Of a stretch of 17,217 nt of DNA, positions 1 to 8,446 are shown one piece after another. How positions within the stretch are numbered: the stretch's first letter is position 1; every line of letters starts with the position of its first letter. Below the pieces are notes generated by a model. It worked only from the letters and a program-made list of their open reading frames with translations. It was not told the DNA's origin and ran no database searches. Position numbers and translations under genes: made by a program. Source of the stretch: Elusimicrobiota bacterium (lineage in GTDB: Bacteria; CG03; SLGR01; JAGXOG01); the NCBI GenBank assembly GCA_051745145.1, contig JBNJDT010000032.1, positions 1 to 17,217 of the forward strand, written 5' to 3'.

Positions 1-492
1 GCCGGGTACCGGTCGGGTCTGGAAAACGGTTATACCGAGGGTAAGGCCAGCGAAGATTCTTACTGGGAAAATATGGCGGATCTACTGGGAACAGATGAGG
101 ATTTAAAGAAATACCGGTATGTCTACCTGGATAATTTTCAACCCCGGGAATATATGTTAGAACTTATTAAAAAACTGGACGAGGAGGCCAGTTTTCAACT
201 TGGTATTTTTTCAGACCAGACCAACTGGATTTATGAGCTGGATGAAATGTATGATTTTTTTAAATATTTTGACTATTTTTGTATTTCTTATGATAAAGGG
301 TATACCAAACACGACCGGGAATTTTATGATATTCCGGCAAAAGAGACCGGAATATCTCCTGAGAAAATTCTTCTTGTGGATGATAAACAGCGGGTAGTTG
401 ACAATGCCCGGGAGCACGGTATGAAAGCCCATTTATTCACTTCCATAAAAGACAGTTACCGGCTTTTTTATCCCGGTAATAATAAGCTATGA
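1..492 (+). CDS. HAD-superfamily phosphatase (YihX/HAD-IA-like), 5'-truncated by the window edge
   Basis: Frame 1 is open from base 1 (AGYRSGLENGYTEGKASEDSYWENMADLL...), so the ATG at 73 is internal. It shows HAD motif II (LGIFSDQT), a motif III region (SYDKGYTKHD) and motif IV (LLVDDKQRVV..AREHGM). Motif I (DxD) would lie upstream of the window. Confidence 0.85.
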   Translation, partial: AGYRSGLENGYTEGKASEDSYWENMADLLGTDEDLKKYRYVYLDNFQPREYMLELIKKLDEEASFQLGIFSDQTNWIYELDEMYDFFKYFDYFCISYDKGYTKHDREFYDIPAKETGISPEKILLVDDKQRVVDNAREHGMKAHLFTSIKDSYRLFYPGNNKL

Positions 493-959
493 GTAACCGG
501 GCGGTAATATATTATTCAAGGGATGGCAATACCCGGAGGGTAAGCGAGTTTATTGGCGGTTATTACGACTGTCCCGTTTTAAAGATAAAAGATAAGAAAA
601 AACGGCAGGGTTTGTGGGGATTTGTCGTATCCGGTAAAGACGCTTTATTTAAAAAAGATACAAAGATAGAATTAAGTACCCCGGACTTTGATAAAATTAA
701 CACAATTTTTTTGGGAGGCCCGGTCTGGGTAGGTAGAATACCGCCGGCTTTGAGAACATTCCTGAAAAAATATAATTTATCCGGAAAAAGTCTGGTTCTT
801 TTTTGTACCATGGGCGGTAAAAATCCTGCCAGATTTTTCGAGGATATAAGAGAACTGGTCCCTTCCGCTGAAATTTCCGGGGCCATTGATATTAGAAAGA
901 ATAATATATCTGAAGTGAGAGTAGCAGAGGAACTGAAAAAGTTGAATTTACCGGATTAA
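489..959 (+). CDS. Flavodoxin-family protein
   Basis: FMN phosphate-binding loop IYYSRDGNTRRV, plus IFLGGPVWVG and LFCTMGG. ATGA overlap with the upstream gene. Confidence 0.88.
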   Translation: MSNRAVIYYSRDGNTRRVSEFIGGYYDCPVLKIKDKKKRQGLWGFVVSGKDALFKKDTKIELSTPDFDKINTIFLGGPVWVGRIPPALRTFLKKYNLSGKSLVLFCTMGGKNPARFFEDIRELVPSAEISGAIDIRKNNISEVRVAEELKKLNLPD

Positions 960-964
960 TTTAT

Positions 965-1768
965 ATGCCCGAACTTCCCGATATAGAATATTTCAAGAAA
1001 TATTTTAACCGTACCTCCCTGAATCGGGAAATTAAAGATGTAAAAAGCAATTCCAAAAAACTTATAAAAAAGACTTCTTTTAAGAATTTCAGGCGGCATA
1101 TGAAAAATAATAGTTTTGAAGATTCAAAAAGAAGGGGAAAATTTTTAATAGCTTCCTTAAATACCGGTTCTAAAGTTATTATTTTTCATTTCGGAATGAC
1201 CGGAGATTTAAAATATTTAAAGACGGAAAACAGGGATAAATATGAAGATGAAATTAAATTTTCCCGGGTCAGGTTTGAGTTCAAAAACGGATATGAATTA
1301 AACTGGCTGAATATGAGAAAACTGGGCAATATATATCTTGTAGATAACCCCCGGGATGTTGATCTTATAAACCGTATGGGACCGGAACCTCTGGATATAA
1401 AAAAGGATAAATTTATGGACCTGCTGCAGGAAAACAGCCGTAAGGGGGTAAAATCGTTTTTTATGCACCAGGATGTGATAGCGGGGGTAGGAAATATATA
1501 TTCGGATGAAATTTTATTTAAGACCGGGTTGAGGCCCTCCAGGAAGGTTGCTTCCCTTGAAGAGAAACAAAAAAAGAGCCTGTTTGATAATATGAAAGAG
1601 GTTTTGAAAAAAGCGATAGCAAAGCAGCCTCCAACAGAGAATTTTGGCAGTTCCTGGCTGTTAACTCACCGCAAGGACAGAATTTGTCCCAATAACTCCA
1701 AACATAATATAGAAAGAAAAAAAGTAGGCGGCCGTTCGACCTATTATTGTCCCGATTGCCAGAAATGA
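965..1768 (+). CDS. mutM: Fpg/Nei-family DNA glycosylase/AP lyase (MutM-like, atypical)
   Basis: N-terminal catalytic MPELPDIE, RRGKFL, HFGMTG, the H2TH motif AGVGNIYSDEILF, and a C-terminal zinc-finger end GRSTYYCPDCQK. Confidence 0.92.
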   Translation: MPELPDIEYFKKYFNRTSLNREIKDVKSNSKKLIKKTSFKNFRRHMKNNSFEDSKRRGKFLIASLNTGSKVIIFHFGMTGDLKYLKTENRDKYEDEIKFSRVRFEFKNGYELNWLNMRKLGNIYLVDNPRDVDLINRMGPEPLDIKKDKFMDLLQENSRKGVKSFFMHQDVIAGVGNIYSDEILFKTGLRPSRKVASLEEKQKKSLFDNMKEVLKKAIAKQPPTENFGSSWLLTHRKDRICPNNSKHNIERKKVGGRSTYYCPDCQK

Positions 1769-2718
1769 AAAATCCAAATATCGGGCTCATCGGAACAATG
1801 ACCTGGGACAGGATAGCCCGGCATGAGGGGAGCTTCTGGAAGGGCCCCGGGGGAATGTTTTACCAGGCTGCAGTTTTAGACGCTTTAGGGGCCCGGGTCC
1901 ATCTTTTTGCCAACCTGGGGAAGGAATTATCCAAAAAAGTAGAAGATATAAGAAAAAACTGGAAAAATCTTAACTGGGATAATGTAAATATTGTCCCCGG
2001 ACCGGGCCACCGGGTTAAGCTTTATTATCCCGTGACAGGAGAGAGAAGGGAGATAGTTACCGGTACCGTGGATTCTCTGGTTTTAAACGGGAAAATCAAA
2101 AAATTTAACAGCTTTGATCTTACCATGTGCATCTTAAATACAGGGTATGATCTAAAATTTGAATCCTGGCGGAAGATAGTAGAAAATACTGCACGAGGAT
2201 CATCACTGCATCAGTACGATGACGATGAAAATCTCATCTGGCTGGATATCCATTCCCTGGCCCTTACCCCGGAACCCGGAGAAATTAGAAAATACAGGTC
2301 CATAAAATTCTGGTATAAGTGGGCTGAAGGCGTAGACTATCTCCAGGCAAACGAAAAAGAGGCCGCCTGTATGCTGGGGAATCCGGATATGGATATAACC
2401 GAAAAAAATATAAAAGGGTTAGCTCGAAAATTTTTTGAAACAGGGGGCCGGGCATTTTTTGTAACCCGGGGTAAAAAAGGGGTGAATATTTTTTTACCCG
2501 GCGAACATTTTTTTATTAAACCCCCGGCAGTGGATAAAGTTGTGGATACCACGGGCTGCGGGGATGTGCTGGGCTCGGTGACTGCTTACCGTTTGGCCGG
2601 CGGAGATTCTCCCCGGGAAGCCGTAAAGCAGGGCCTAAAATATGCTTCTGAAACAGCCGGGTTAAACGGCCCCGGAAAAGTCCGTAAGATATTTAAAAAA
2701 AGAGAGAGTAGATTGTGA
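1765..2718 (+). CDS. PfkB/ribokinase-family carbohydrate or nucleoside kinase
   Basis: N-terminal IGLIGTMTWDRI and GPGG, then ANEKEA, FVTRGKKG and the PfkB signature VVDTTGCGD. The start is placed at ATG 1765, which forms an ATGA overlap with the mutM stop. Confidence 0.88.
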   Translation: MKNPNIGLIGTMTWDRIARHEGSFWKGPGGMFYQAAVLDALGARVHLFANLGKELSKKVEDIRKNWKNLNWDNVNIVPGPGHRVKLYYPVTGERREIVTGTVDSLVLNGKIKKFNSFDLTMCILNTGYDLKFESWRKIVENTARGSSLHQYDDDENLIWLDIHSLALTPEPGEIRKYRSIKFWYKWAEGVDYLQANEKEAACMLGNPDMDITEKNIKGLARKFFETGGRAFFVTRGKKGVNIFLPGEHFFIKPPAVDKVVDTTGCGDVLGSVTAYRLAGGDSPREAVKQGLKYASETAGLNGPGKVRKIFKKRESRL

Positions 2719-3617
2719 AAATCGGATATCCCTGTATGAACTATTCAGTGGGTTGTACCAGTGCGGGGACATACCGGTTGAAAAATTATACCCCCGAGAA
2801 ATTTAAAGTAAAAGTAGAAGAGAATCTTGCCTGCCTGAAAAAGATACTTAAATTTAATTTAAAACATGAAATATATTTTTTCCGTATAACTTCCGACTTA
2901 ATCCCTTTTGCCTCCCACGAAATCTGTGATGAGAACTGGCCCAAATATTTTAATGATGAACTTAAAGAACTGGGCGGGATTATAAATGACAATAATATAC
3001 GTATATCCATGCATCCGGACCAGTTTATAGTTTTAAATACGAAGAGAGAAAAGGTACTAAAAAACAGTGTGGGAGAACTGGAATATCACGCCGCGCTTCT
3101 TGACTCCCTGGAACTGGATAAATCAGCCAAGATTCAGCTTCACGTGGGCGGTGTGTATGGAGAAAAGGAGAAGAGTATGGAGAGGTTCGTAAAACGATAT
3201 ACCGGTTTAAGTGATCGGGTTAAGCGTAGGCTTGTTATAGAAAATGACGATAAAAGCTATACCTTAAGAGACTGCCTTAAAATCAGCGGCAAAACCGGGG
3301 TCCCGGTTCTGTTTGACACCTTTCATCATTTTTTGAACAGTTCCGGAGAAAGTATAAAGCAGGCCCTGGCTGAAATTTCAAAGGCATGGAACAAGGACGA
3401 CGGGATACCCATGGTGGATTACAGTTCCTCTAATACAGACAAAAATTCAAAGGGAGCCCATGCCGGTTCTTTAGATCCGGAAGATTTTAAAAAGTTTTTA
3501 GATAAAACCAAAGGTTTTGATTTTGATGTGATGCTTGAAATAAAAGATAAAGAAGAAAGTGCGATTAAGGCAGTGGAAATTTTAAAAGAGAGGAGATTTT
3601 ATGATGAAAAAAAGTAA
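2715..3617 (+). CDS. uvsE: UV DNA damage repair endonuclease UvsE (UVDE)
   Basis: IGYPCMN, FFRITSDLIPFASH, SMHPDQFIVLN, IQLHVGG, LVIENDD, FDTFHH, GAHA and DVMLEIKDKE are all UvsE TIM-barrel motifs. GTGA overlap with the kinase gene. Confidence 0.95.
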   Translation: MKIGYPCMNYSVGCTSAGTYRLKNYTPEKFKVKVEENLACLKKILKFNLKHEIYFFRITSDLIPFASHEICDENWPKYFNDELKELGGIINDNNIRISMHPDQFIVLNTKREKVLKNSVGELEYHAALLDSLELDKSAKIQLHVGGVYGEKEKSMERFVKRYTGLSDRVKRRLVIENDDKSYTLRDCLKISGKTGVPVLFDTFHHFLNSSGESIKQALAEISKAWNKDDGIPMVDYSSSNTDKNSKGAHAGSLDPEDFKKFLDKTKGFDFDVMLEIKDKEESAIKAVEILKERRFYDEKK

Positions 3618-4356
3618 TGTAAAAAAGATAGTTGCCGGCTTGGTAATTATCTTCGGGTGGTCCGGGGCCGTTTCAGCGGCTAATTTTAATACCTATTTTG
3701 AAGCGGGGCCTGCTTTTTCAGCTTACAGCGACATAAGCATTCCCCGGGACTCTGCCAACGAATTTTCTTTTGTAGATAATTTTAGCCCGGATCCGGTTCT
3801 TTCATACCGTCTGGAGACCAGCTGGCGGTTTAAGGAAAACTATGGAATTACCGCCGTAGTAGCACCGCTTACGGTAACCGGCTCAGGAGCATTTGATAGG
3901 GATATAGATTTTGCCGGCGAAACTTTCTCAGCCGGGGAGGATATAGATGAGGCCCGGTACAGGTTTGATTCTTACAGGTTAAGATTCCGTTATTATTTTA
4001 TGAACGATTCTTTTTTCAAAGGCTTGGGACTGACCGCTAAAATAAGAGACGCGGAGATTAGCCTGGAATCAGATTTAAAAAAAGCTACTAAAACAAATAC
4101 GGGATTTGTGCCTATCATAAATTTTCTCATGGAGTGGGACCTGGCCCCGGACTGGTATTTAACCGTGGACGGTGACGCTCTTTTTTCAAAGTTCGGAAGG
4201 GCCGAGGATATCCTGGTCTCTTTAAAATACGACTTATCGGATAAAAGCAGTGTAAATCTGGGATACCGTTTTCTGGAAGGGGGATCGGATGTAGAAGAGG
4301 TATACAGCTTTTCGCTGTTTAACTATGCCGTAGCCGGCATAACTGTTAATTACTGA
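3601..4356 (+). CDS. Exported protein, probable outer-membrane beta-barrel of unknown function
   Basis: Signal peptide (MMKKSNVKKIVAGLVIIFGWSGAVSA-A), alternating amphipathic beta-strands (YRLRFRYYF, VNLGYRFL), and a C-terminal aromatic beta-signal (AVAGITVNY). RBS AGGAG at 3591-3595. Confidence 0.7.
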   Translation: MMKKSNVKKIVAGLVIIFGWSGAVSAANFNTYFEAGPAFSAYSDISIPRDSANEFSFVDNFSPDPVLSYRLETSWRFKENYGITAVVAPLTVTGSGAFDRDIDFAGETFSAGEDIDEARYRFDSYRLRFRYYFMNDSFFKGLGLTAKIRDAEISLESDLKKATKTNTGFVPIINFLMEWDLAPDWYLTVDGDALFSKFGRAEDILVSLKYDLSDKSSVNLGYRFLEGGSDVEEVYSFSLFNYAVAGITVNY

Positions 4357-4399
4357 ATAGTAAAGTCAGTGCAGTAAAAATAAAGTTACAGGTTAAATT

Positions 4400-4936
4400 G
4401 TGAATAGAGTAAAAATATCTAAGTTTCTCTCCTATATTTTAAGGCACAATCCCGGTAAGTTCGGTATCCGGGTGGACAGACTGGGATACGCCGATCTGGG
4501 AGAGGTTGTAAGACGGGTAAAGAATAAGTTTAAGGGAGCGGGGGAGAGTGAGGTCAGGGAAGTAGTTAAAAATTCTCCTAAAGAAAGATTTGAAATCAAC
4601 GGGGGGAAGATAAGGGCCACCTACGGCCACAGCATTGATGTGAATCTGGATTTAGCTTCAGTAAAACCCCCGGATATCCTTTATCACGGTACTCCCCAAA
4701 AGAACAGGGAAAAGATTTTAGAAGAAGGATTAAAATCCATGGGTAGAAATTACGTACACCTTTCCGCTACCGAAAAAGAAGCTGAAAAAGTGGGAAAAAG
4801 AAGGGATTCTCAACCGTTAATTTTAAAGATAGATGCTCTTAAAACCTGGGAAGACGGAATAAAATTTTACAGTTCCGGAAAACTCTATTTAACTCCCGCT
4901 GTTTCCCCGGTTTATATAACGGAAAATATTAACTAA
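4400..4936 (+). CDS. kptA: RNA 2'-phosphotransferase (KptA/Tpt1 family, NAD-dependent)
   Basis: SKFLSYILRH, KERFE, KIRATYGHS, LYHGT and GLKSMGRNYVHLS. GTG start. Confidence 0.95.
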   Translation: MNRVKISKFLSYILRHNPGKFGIRVDRLGYADLGEVVRRVKNKFKGAGESEVREVVKNSPKERFEINGGKIRATYGHSIDVNLDLASVKPPDILYHGTPQKNREKILEEGLKSMGRNYVHLSATEKEAEKVGKRRDSQPLILKIDALKTWEDGIKFYSSGKLYLTPAVSPVYITENIN

Positions 4937-4940
4937 ACGG

Positions 4941-5016
4941 TTTATTTATCTGGTTAAATAATTATAATATTACCTACATTTATTTAAAAGCTTGAATATA
5001 TAAAAAACATTGGAGG
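4941..5016 (+). promoter_or_regulatory. Putative sigma70-type -10 element and RBS upstream of the Lon-like protease gene
   Basis: A perfect TATAAT at 4963-4968 with only a weak -35 (TTTATT at 4941-4946), and GGAGG at 5012-5016. The AT-rich context makes the promoter call weak. Confidence 0.4.
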
Positions 5017-5020
5017 AAGT

Positions 5021-7408
5021 ATGTCAAAAAAACCTAAAAGTTTAGATACCGAAGATTTACGAAAAAAATGTGACCCTCAAATATATGATTTTGAAACTAC
5101 TGATGATATAGAAGAGGGAACAGTACTTATAAATCAGAAGAAAGCACTCAAATCGATTGATTTCGGTCTTAATATAGAAAGTAAGGGGTATAACCTGTAT
5201 CTTTCCGGAACTGCGGGCACCGGGAGAAATACTACTATTCTCAAAAAAGTTAACGAACTGGCCGAAAAAGAAGAATCTCCCGCGGATATATGTTACTTAT
5301 ATAATTTTAAGAGCCCGGATAAACCGAAAGTACTTAAATTACCCGCGGGGATGGGCTGCGAGTTAAAAAAAGATATGGAGGAATTTATAGATGGGATTCA
5401 GGGAGAAGCTAAAAAATCTTTTTCCAGCGACGAGTACGAAAAGAATAAAAAGGAAGTGGTAGAGGATATAAAGCATAAAAAAGACAACTTGTCATCAAAA
5501 ATAGACCGAAAAGCCCAAAAGAACGGTTTTGCCATAAGGAAGTCTATAACCGGTATAGCTGTTATACCCTTAAATGAAGATGATAATCCCATGAAGGAAG
5601 AAGAATACCAGGAACTTTCTCAGGAAGAGAAAGAGGATCTGGAAGAAAAGCGAAAAGAAATTTACGATGCCATAAACAGCACTACCCGGAAAATAAAAGA
5701 ATTACAGCGTAAATCCCGGGAAGAAATTAAAAAACTTGATAAGAAGATTGTAATGTACGCTATAGAACACAGGGTGGAAGAGTTAAAAGAAAAATATAAA
5801 GATTATGAGAGAGTTATAAATCATATTGATAGTATAGTCGAAGATATTCTTGACAATGTCAACTATTTTAAAAATGACGATGATAATCATAATAAAGTAA
5901 CTTTACCGGGCCTGGGTCAATCCGAAGAGGATGTCCTAAAAAAGTACGAGGTAAATGTCTTAGTTGATAACTGTGAGACTTCGGGAGCCCCGGTTATAAA
6001 CGAGGAGCATCCCATATACCATAATATAGTGGGTAAGGTTGAACATCAGCAGAAACTGGGGGTCTTAAAGACGGATTTTACAATGATAAAACCGGGCAGT
6101 GTTCACAAGGCAAACGGGGGATATCTTGTCATCCAGGCCATGGATATCCTGCGCAACCCCTATGCCTGGGACGCTCTTAAAAGAATAATTAAGTACGGTG
6201 ATGTGGAAATAGAAAGTCTCCAGCAAAAATACGGACTTGTTCAGACGGCAACTTTAAAACCTGAACCCGTAAAAGTGGATTTAAAAGTAGTGCTGGTGGG
6301 AAAACCGTTTATATACCATCTGCTCTATAAATACGACGAGGATTTTAAGAAACTGTTTAAGGTGAAAGTTGATTTTGATTCTACCATGAAACGGACAAAA
6401 AAATCCTTAAAAAATTATGGAAATTTTGTTGCCCAGCAGTGTAAGGAAGGAGATCTTTTACCTTTTAACAGAGAAGCGGTGGCCCGGATAGTGGATTATT
6501 CGGCCAGGCAGAGCGTGCATAAAAAGAAACTTTCCGCTAAATTTTTGGATATTGCCGACATCGTAAAAGAAGGAGATTACTGGGCGAAGAAAGATAATGC
6601 GGACCTGGTGGAGAAGTCCCATATTCAGAAAGCCATACAGGAAAAAATATACCGTTCCAATATGATTGAGGAAAAAATACAGGAACTTATTGACGAAAAT
6701 ACTCTTATGGTAGATGTTAAAGGGGAGAAAATAGGGCAGATAAACGGATTGGCCGTACTTGATTTGGGAGATTACATGTTTGGAAAACCTTCCCGGATAA
6801 CAGCCAGAACTTACATGGGGGACGGTAAAATAAAAAATATTGAAAGAGAAGCGGATATGAGCGGTAAAATTCATTCCAAGGGAGTTATGACTTTAACCGG
6901 TTTTATGGGAGAAAAATTCGGGAGAGATAAACCGCTGGCCTTTTCTGCAAGTATTACCTTTGAACAGCTATACGAAGAAGTTGACGGTGACAGCGCTTCC
7001 AGTACGGAGCTTTACTGCCTGCTTTCCAGTCTATCCGGTATTCCTTTAAAACAGGATCTGGCGGTAACCGGCTCTGTTAATCAAAGAGGAGAGATTCAAC
7101 CAATTGGGGGAGTAAATCAGAAAATTGAGGGTTATTTTGAAGTCTGTAAATTAAAAGGTTTAACCGGGAACCAGGGCGTATTAATACCTGCTGAAAATAC
7201 TAAGCATCTTATGTTAAAAGAGGAAGTAATAGAAGCTGTCAGAGACGAAAAATTTCATATTTATCCGGTAAAGACGGTGGATGAAGGATTAAAAGTGCTT
7301 ACGGGTACGGAAGCTTCTAAAATATACGATAAAGTCGACAGTCAGCTGGAAGAATATGCTAATCTGGCCGCGGAGTACGCTAAAAAAGGCAAAGATAAGA
7401 AAGATTAG
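5021..7408 (+). CDS. Lon-like serine protease (LonC / AAA_32 plus Lon_C type)
   Basis: Ser-Lys dyad motifs VDGDSASSTE and IGGVNQKIEG, plus KPGSVHKANGGYL, IGQINGLAV and AVTGSVNQ, with a long coiled-coil insertion in the AAA-like module. Confidence 0.92.
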   Translation: MSKKPKSLDTEDLRKKCDPQIYDFETTDDIEEGTVLINQKKALKSIDFGLNIESKGYNLYLSGTAGTGRNTTILKKVNELAEKEESPADICYLYNFKSPDKPKVLKLPAGMGCELKKDMEEFIDGIQGEAKKSFSSDEYEKNKKEVVEDIKHKKDNLSSKIDRKAQKNGFAIRKSITGIAVIPLNEDDNPMKEEEYQELSQEEKEDLEEKRKEIYDAINSTTRKIKELQRKSREEIKKLDKKIVMYAIEHRVEELKEKYKDYERVINHIDSIVEDILDNVNYFKNDDDNHNKVTLPGLGQSEEDVLKKYEVNVLVDNCETSGAPVINEEHPIYHNIVGKVEHQQKLGVLKTDFTMIKPGSVHKANGGYLVIQAMDILRNPYAWDALKRIIKYGDVEIESLQQKYGLVQTATLKPEPVKVDLKVVLVGKPFIYHLLYKYDEDFKKLFKVKVDFDSTMKRTKKSLKNYGNFVAQQCKEGDLLPFNREAVARIVDYSARQSVHKKKLSAKFLDIADIVKEGDYWAKKDNADLVEKSHIQKAIQEKIYRSNMIEEKIQELIDENTLMVDVKGEKIGQINGLAVLDLGDYMFGKPSRITARTYMGDGKIKNIEREADMSGKIHSKGVMTLTGFMGEKFGRDKPLAFSASITFEQLYEEVDGDSASSTELYCLLSSLSGIPLKQDLAVTGSVNQRGEIQPIGGVNQKIEGYFEVCKLKGLTGNQGVLIPAENTKHLMLKEEVIEAVRDEKFHIYPVKTVDEGLKVLTGTEASKIYDKVDSQLEEYANLAAEYAKKGKDKKD

Positions 7409-7413
7409 TTAAA

Positions 7414-8247
7414 TTAAAACAGTTCTTTCTGCCGGGGCTCAAAATCTATGCCCAGCATATTTTTTAGAGCTTTAGCATTCCGGGCAGCTTTTCCCCGGTG
7501 GCAGTTGTTGAAAAAGATATAGGTATCCTCTGCTTTTTGGTCCATAGTTTTAATTTTGGGTATAAAATTTTCTAATTCCTTTTTAGAGTACAGATAATCG
7601 TATCTTTTTGATACATCCGCGTTGAACCATTCTTTATTTCTCCCGTGCAGTCTTAAGTAAGCAATATCATCGGTGACTTCCGGGAGCAGGGGCATAAGTT
7701 TTTTAAGTTCCGGTTCATCTACCGCACAGTAAGCTATCTTATTTTCTCTTAAAAATTCAAAAGTATCTTTCTTAACCCACCCGGAATTTCTGAACTCTAC
7801 GATAAGGGGGATTTTTCGAAGCCGGCGGCGGGCTTGTAGGATATACTCCATATTTTCAGGGGTCCGTTTGAAAAAAACGGGAAACTGCATAAGTACTCCG
7901 CCCAGTTTACCCTTTTTTCTTATTATTTCTAACTTTTCATAAAAATCCTTATAATATACTTTAACCTGTTCCGGGTCCGGTTTACGGGTTAGACGGCCAT
8001 CAAAAGGGTCGTGAGTCATGCCCCTAAAAGCTTTTACAATAAATTTGAAATCCGGGGAAGTTCGCAGAACAAAGTTTCTAAACGTAGAGGCTTTGGGCAG
8101 GGCGTAGTAGGTAAAATTTATTTCCACAGTATCAAATCCCAGCTGCTGTTCATAGTACGGGAGCATATCTGTCTGTTTTAAGTTGGTGGGGTAAACTTTT
8201 CCCTTCCAGTTCCCGAACGAATAACCGCTTGTTCCTATTTTTAGCAT
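7414..8247 (-). CDS. DUF72 (YecE/UPF0759) family protein
   Basis: IGTSGYS, FDTVEINFTYY, LMQFP, VEFRNSGW, YLRLHGRN, RYDYLYS and FFNN. Confidence 0.93.
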   Translation of the reverse strand: MLKIGTSGYSFGNWKGKVYPTNLKQTDMLPYYEQQLGFDTVEINFTYYALPKASTFRNFVLRTSPDFKFIVKAFRGMTHDPFDGRLTRKPDPEQVKVYYKDFYEKLEIIRKKGKLGGVLMQFPVFFKRTPENMEYILQARRRLRKIPLIVEFRNSGWVKKDTFEFLRENKIAYCAVDEPELKKLMPLLPEVTDDIAYLRLHGRNKEWFNADVSKRYDYLYSKKELENFIPKIKTMDQKAEDTYIFFNNCHRGKAARNAKALKNMLGIDFEPRQKELF

Positions 8248-8416
8248 TTAAATTTGTTTATATTCATCCTGTAATTTTAATTTTCTCTTATCTAAAAATT
8301 TTAGCAAGAATTTGGTAAAAAGTGAAATTTAGGTACAATCTCAATAAATTTTCAAATTTTAATACACAGAATAAAATTTAACATTTTATATAAATTTAAA
8401 TAAAATAAAAAAATGA

Positions 8417-8446
8417 TGAAACTTTTAGCCCGGGTAAACTGTCTAA
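8417..8446 (+). promoter_or_regulatory. Putative ECF-sigma-factor promoter for the tolC-macA-macB operon
   Basis: (T)GAAACTT at 8417-8424, a 16-nt spacer, and GTCTAA at 8441-8446, followed by RBS AAGGA at 8456-8460 and the ATG at 8466. Confidence 0.6.

Noticed and set aside
73..492. ORF-track start at ATG 73 for the first gene
   Set aside because: The frame is open back to base 1 and HAD motif I is missing, so the real start lies upstream of the window.
1747..1764. TTG start at 1747 for the PfkB kinase
   Set aside because: ATG 1765 gives a standard ATGA coupling with mutM and puts the first PfkB beta-strand at the N-terminus.
4400..4936. KptA-like gene as an ADP-ribosylating toxin (DarT-type toxin-antitoxin or defence system)
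   Set aside because: It has the complete two-domain Tpt1/KptA motif set, and there is no macrodomain or other antitoxin gene next to it.
8248..8412. AT-only inverted repeats in the divergent intergenic region (e.g. AAATTTA-N10-TAAATTT)
   Set aside because: Such repeats are expected by chance in near-pure A/T sequence, and no specific operator can be supported.
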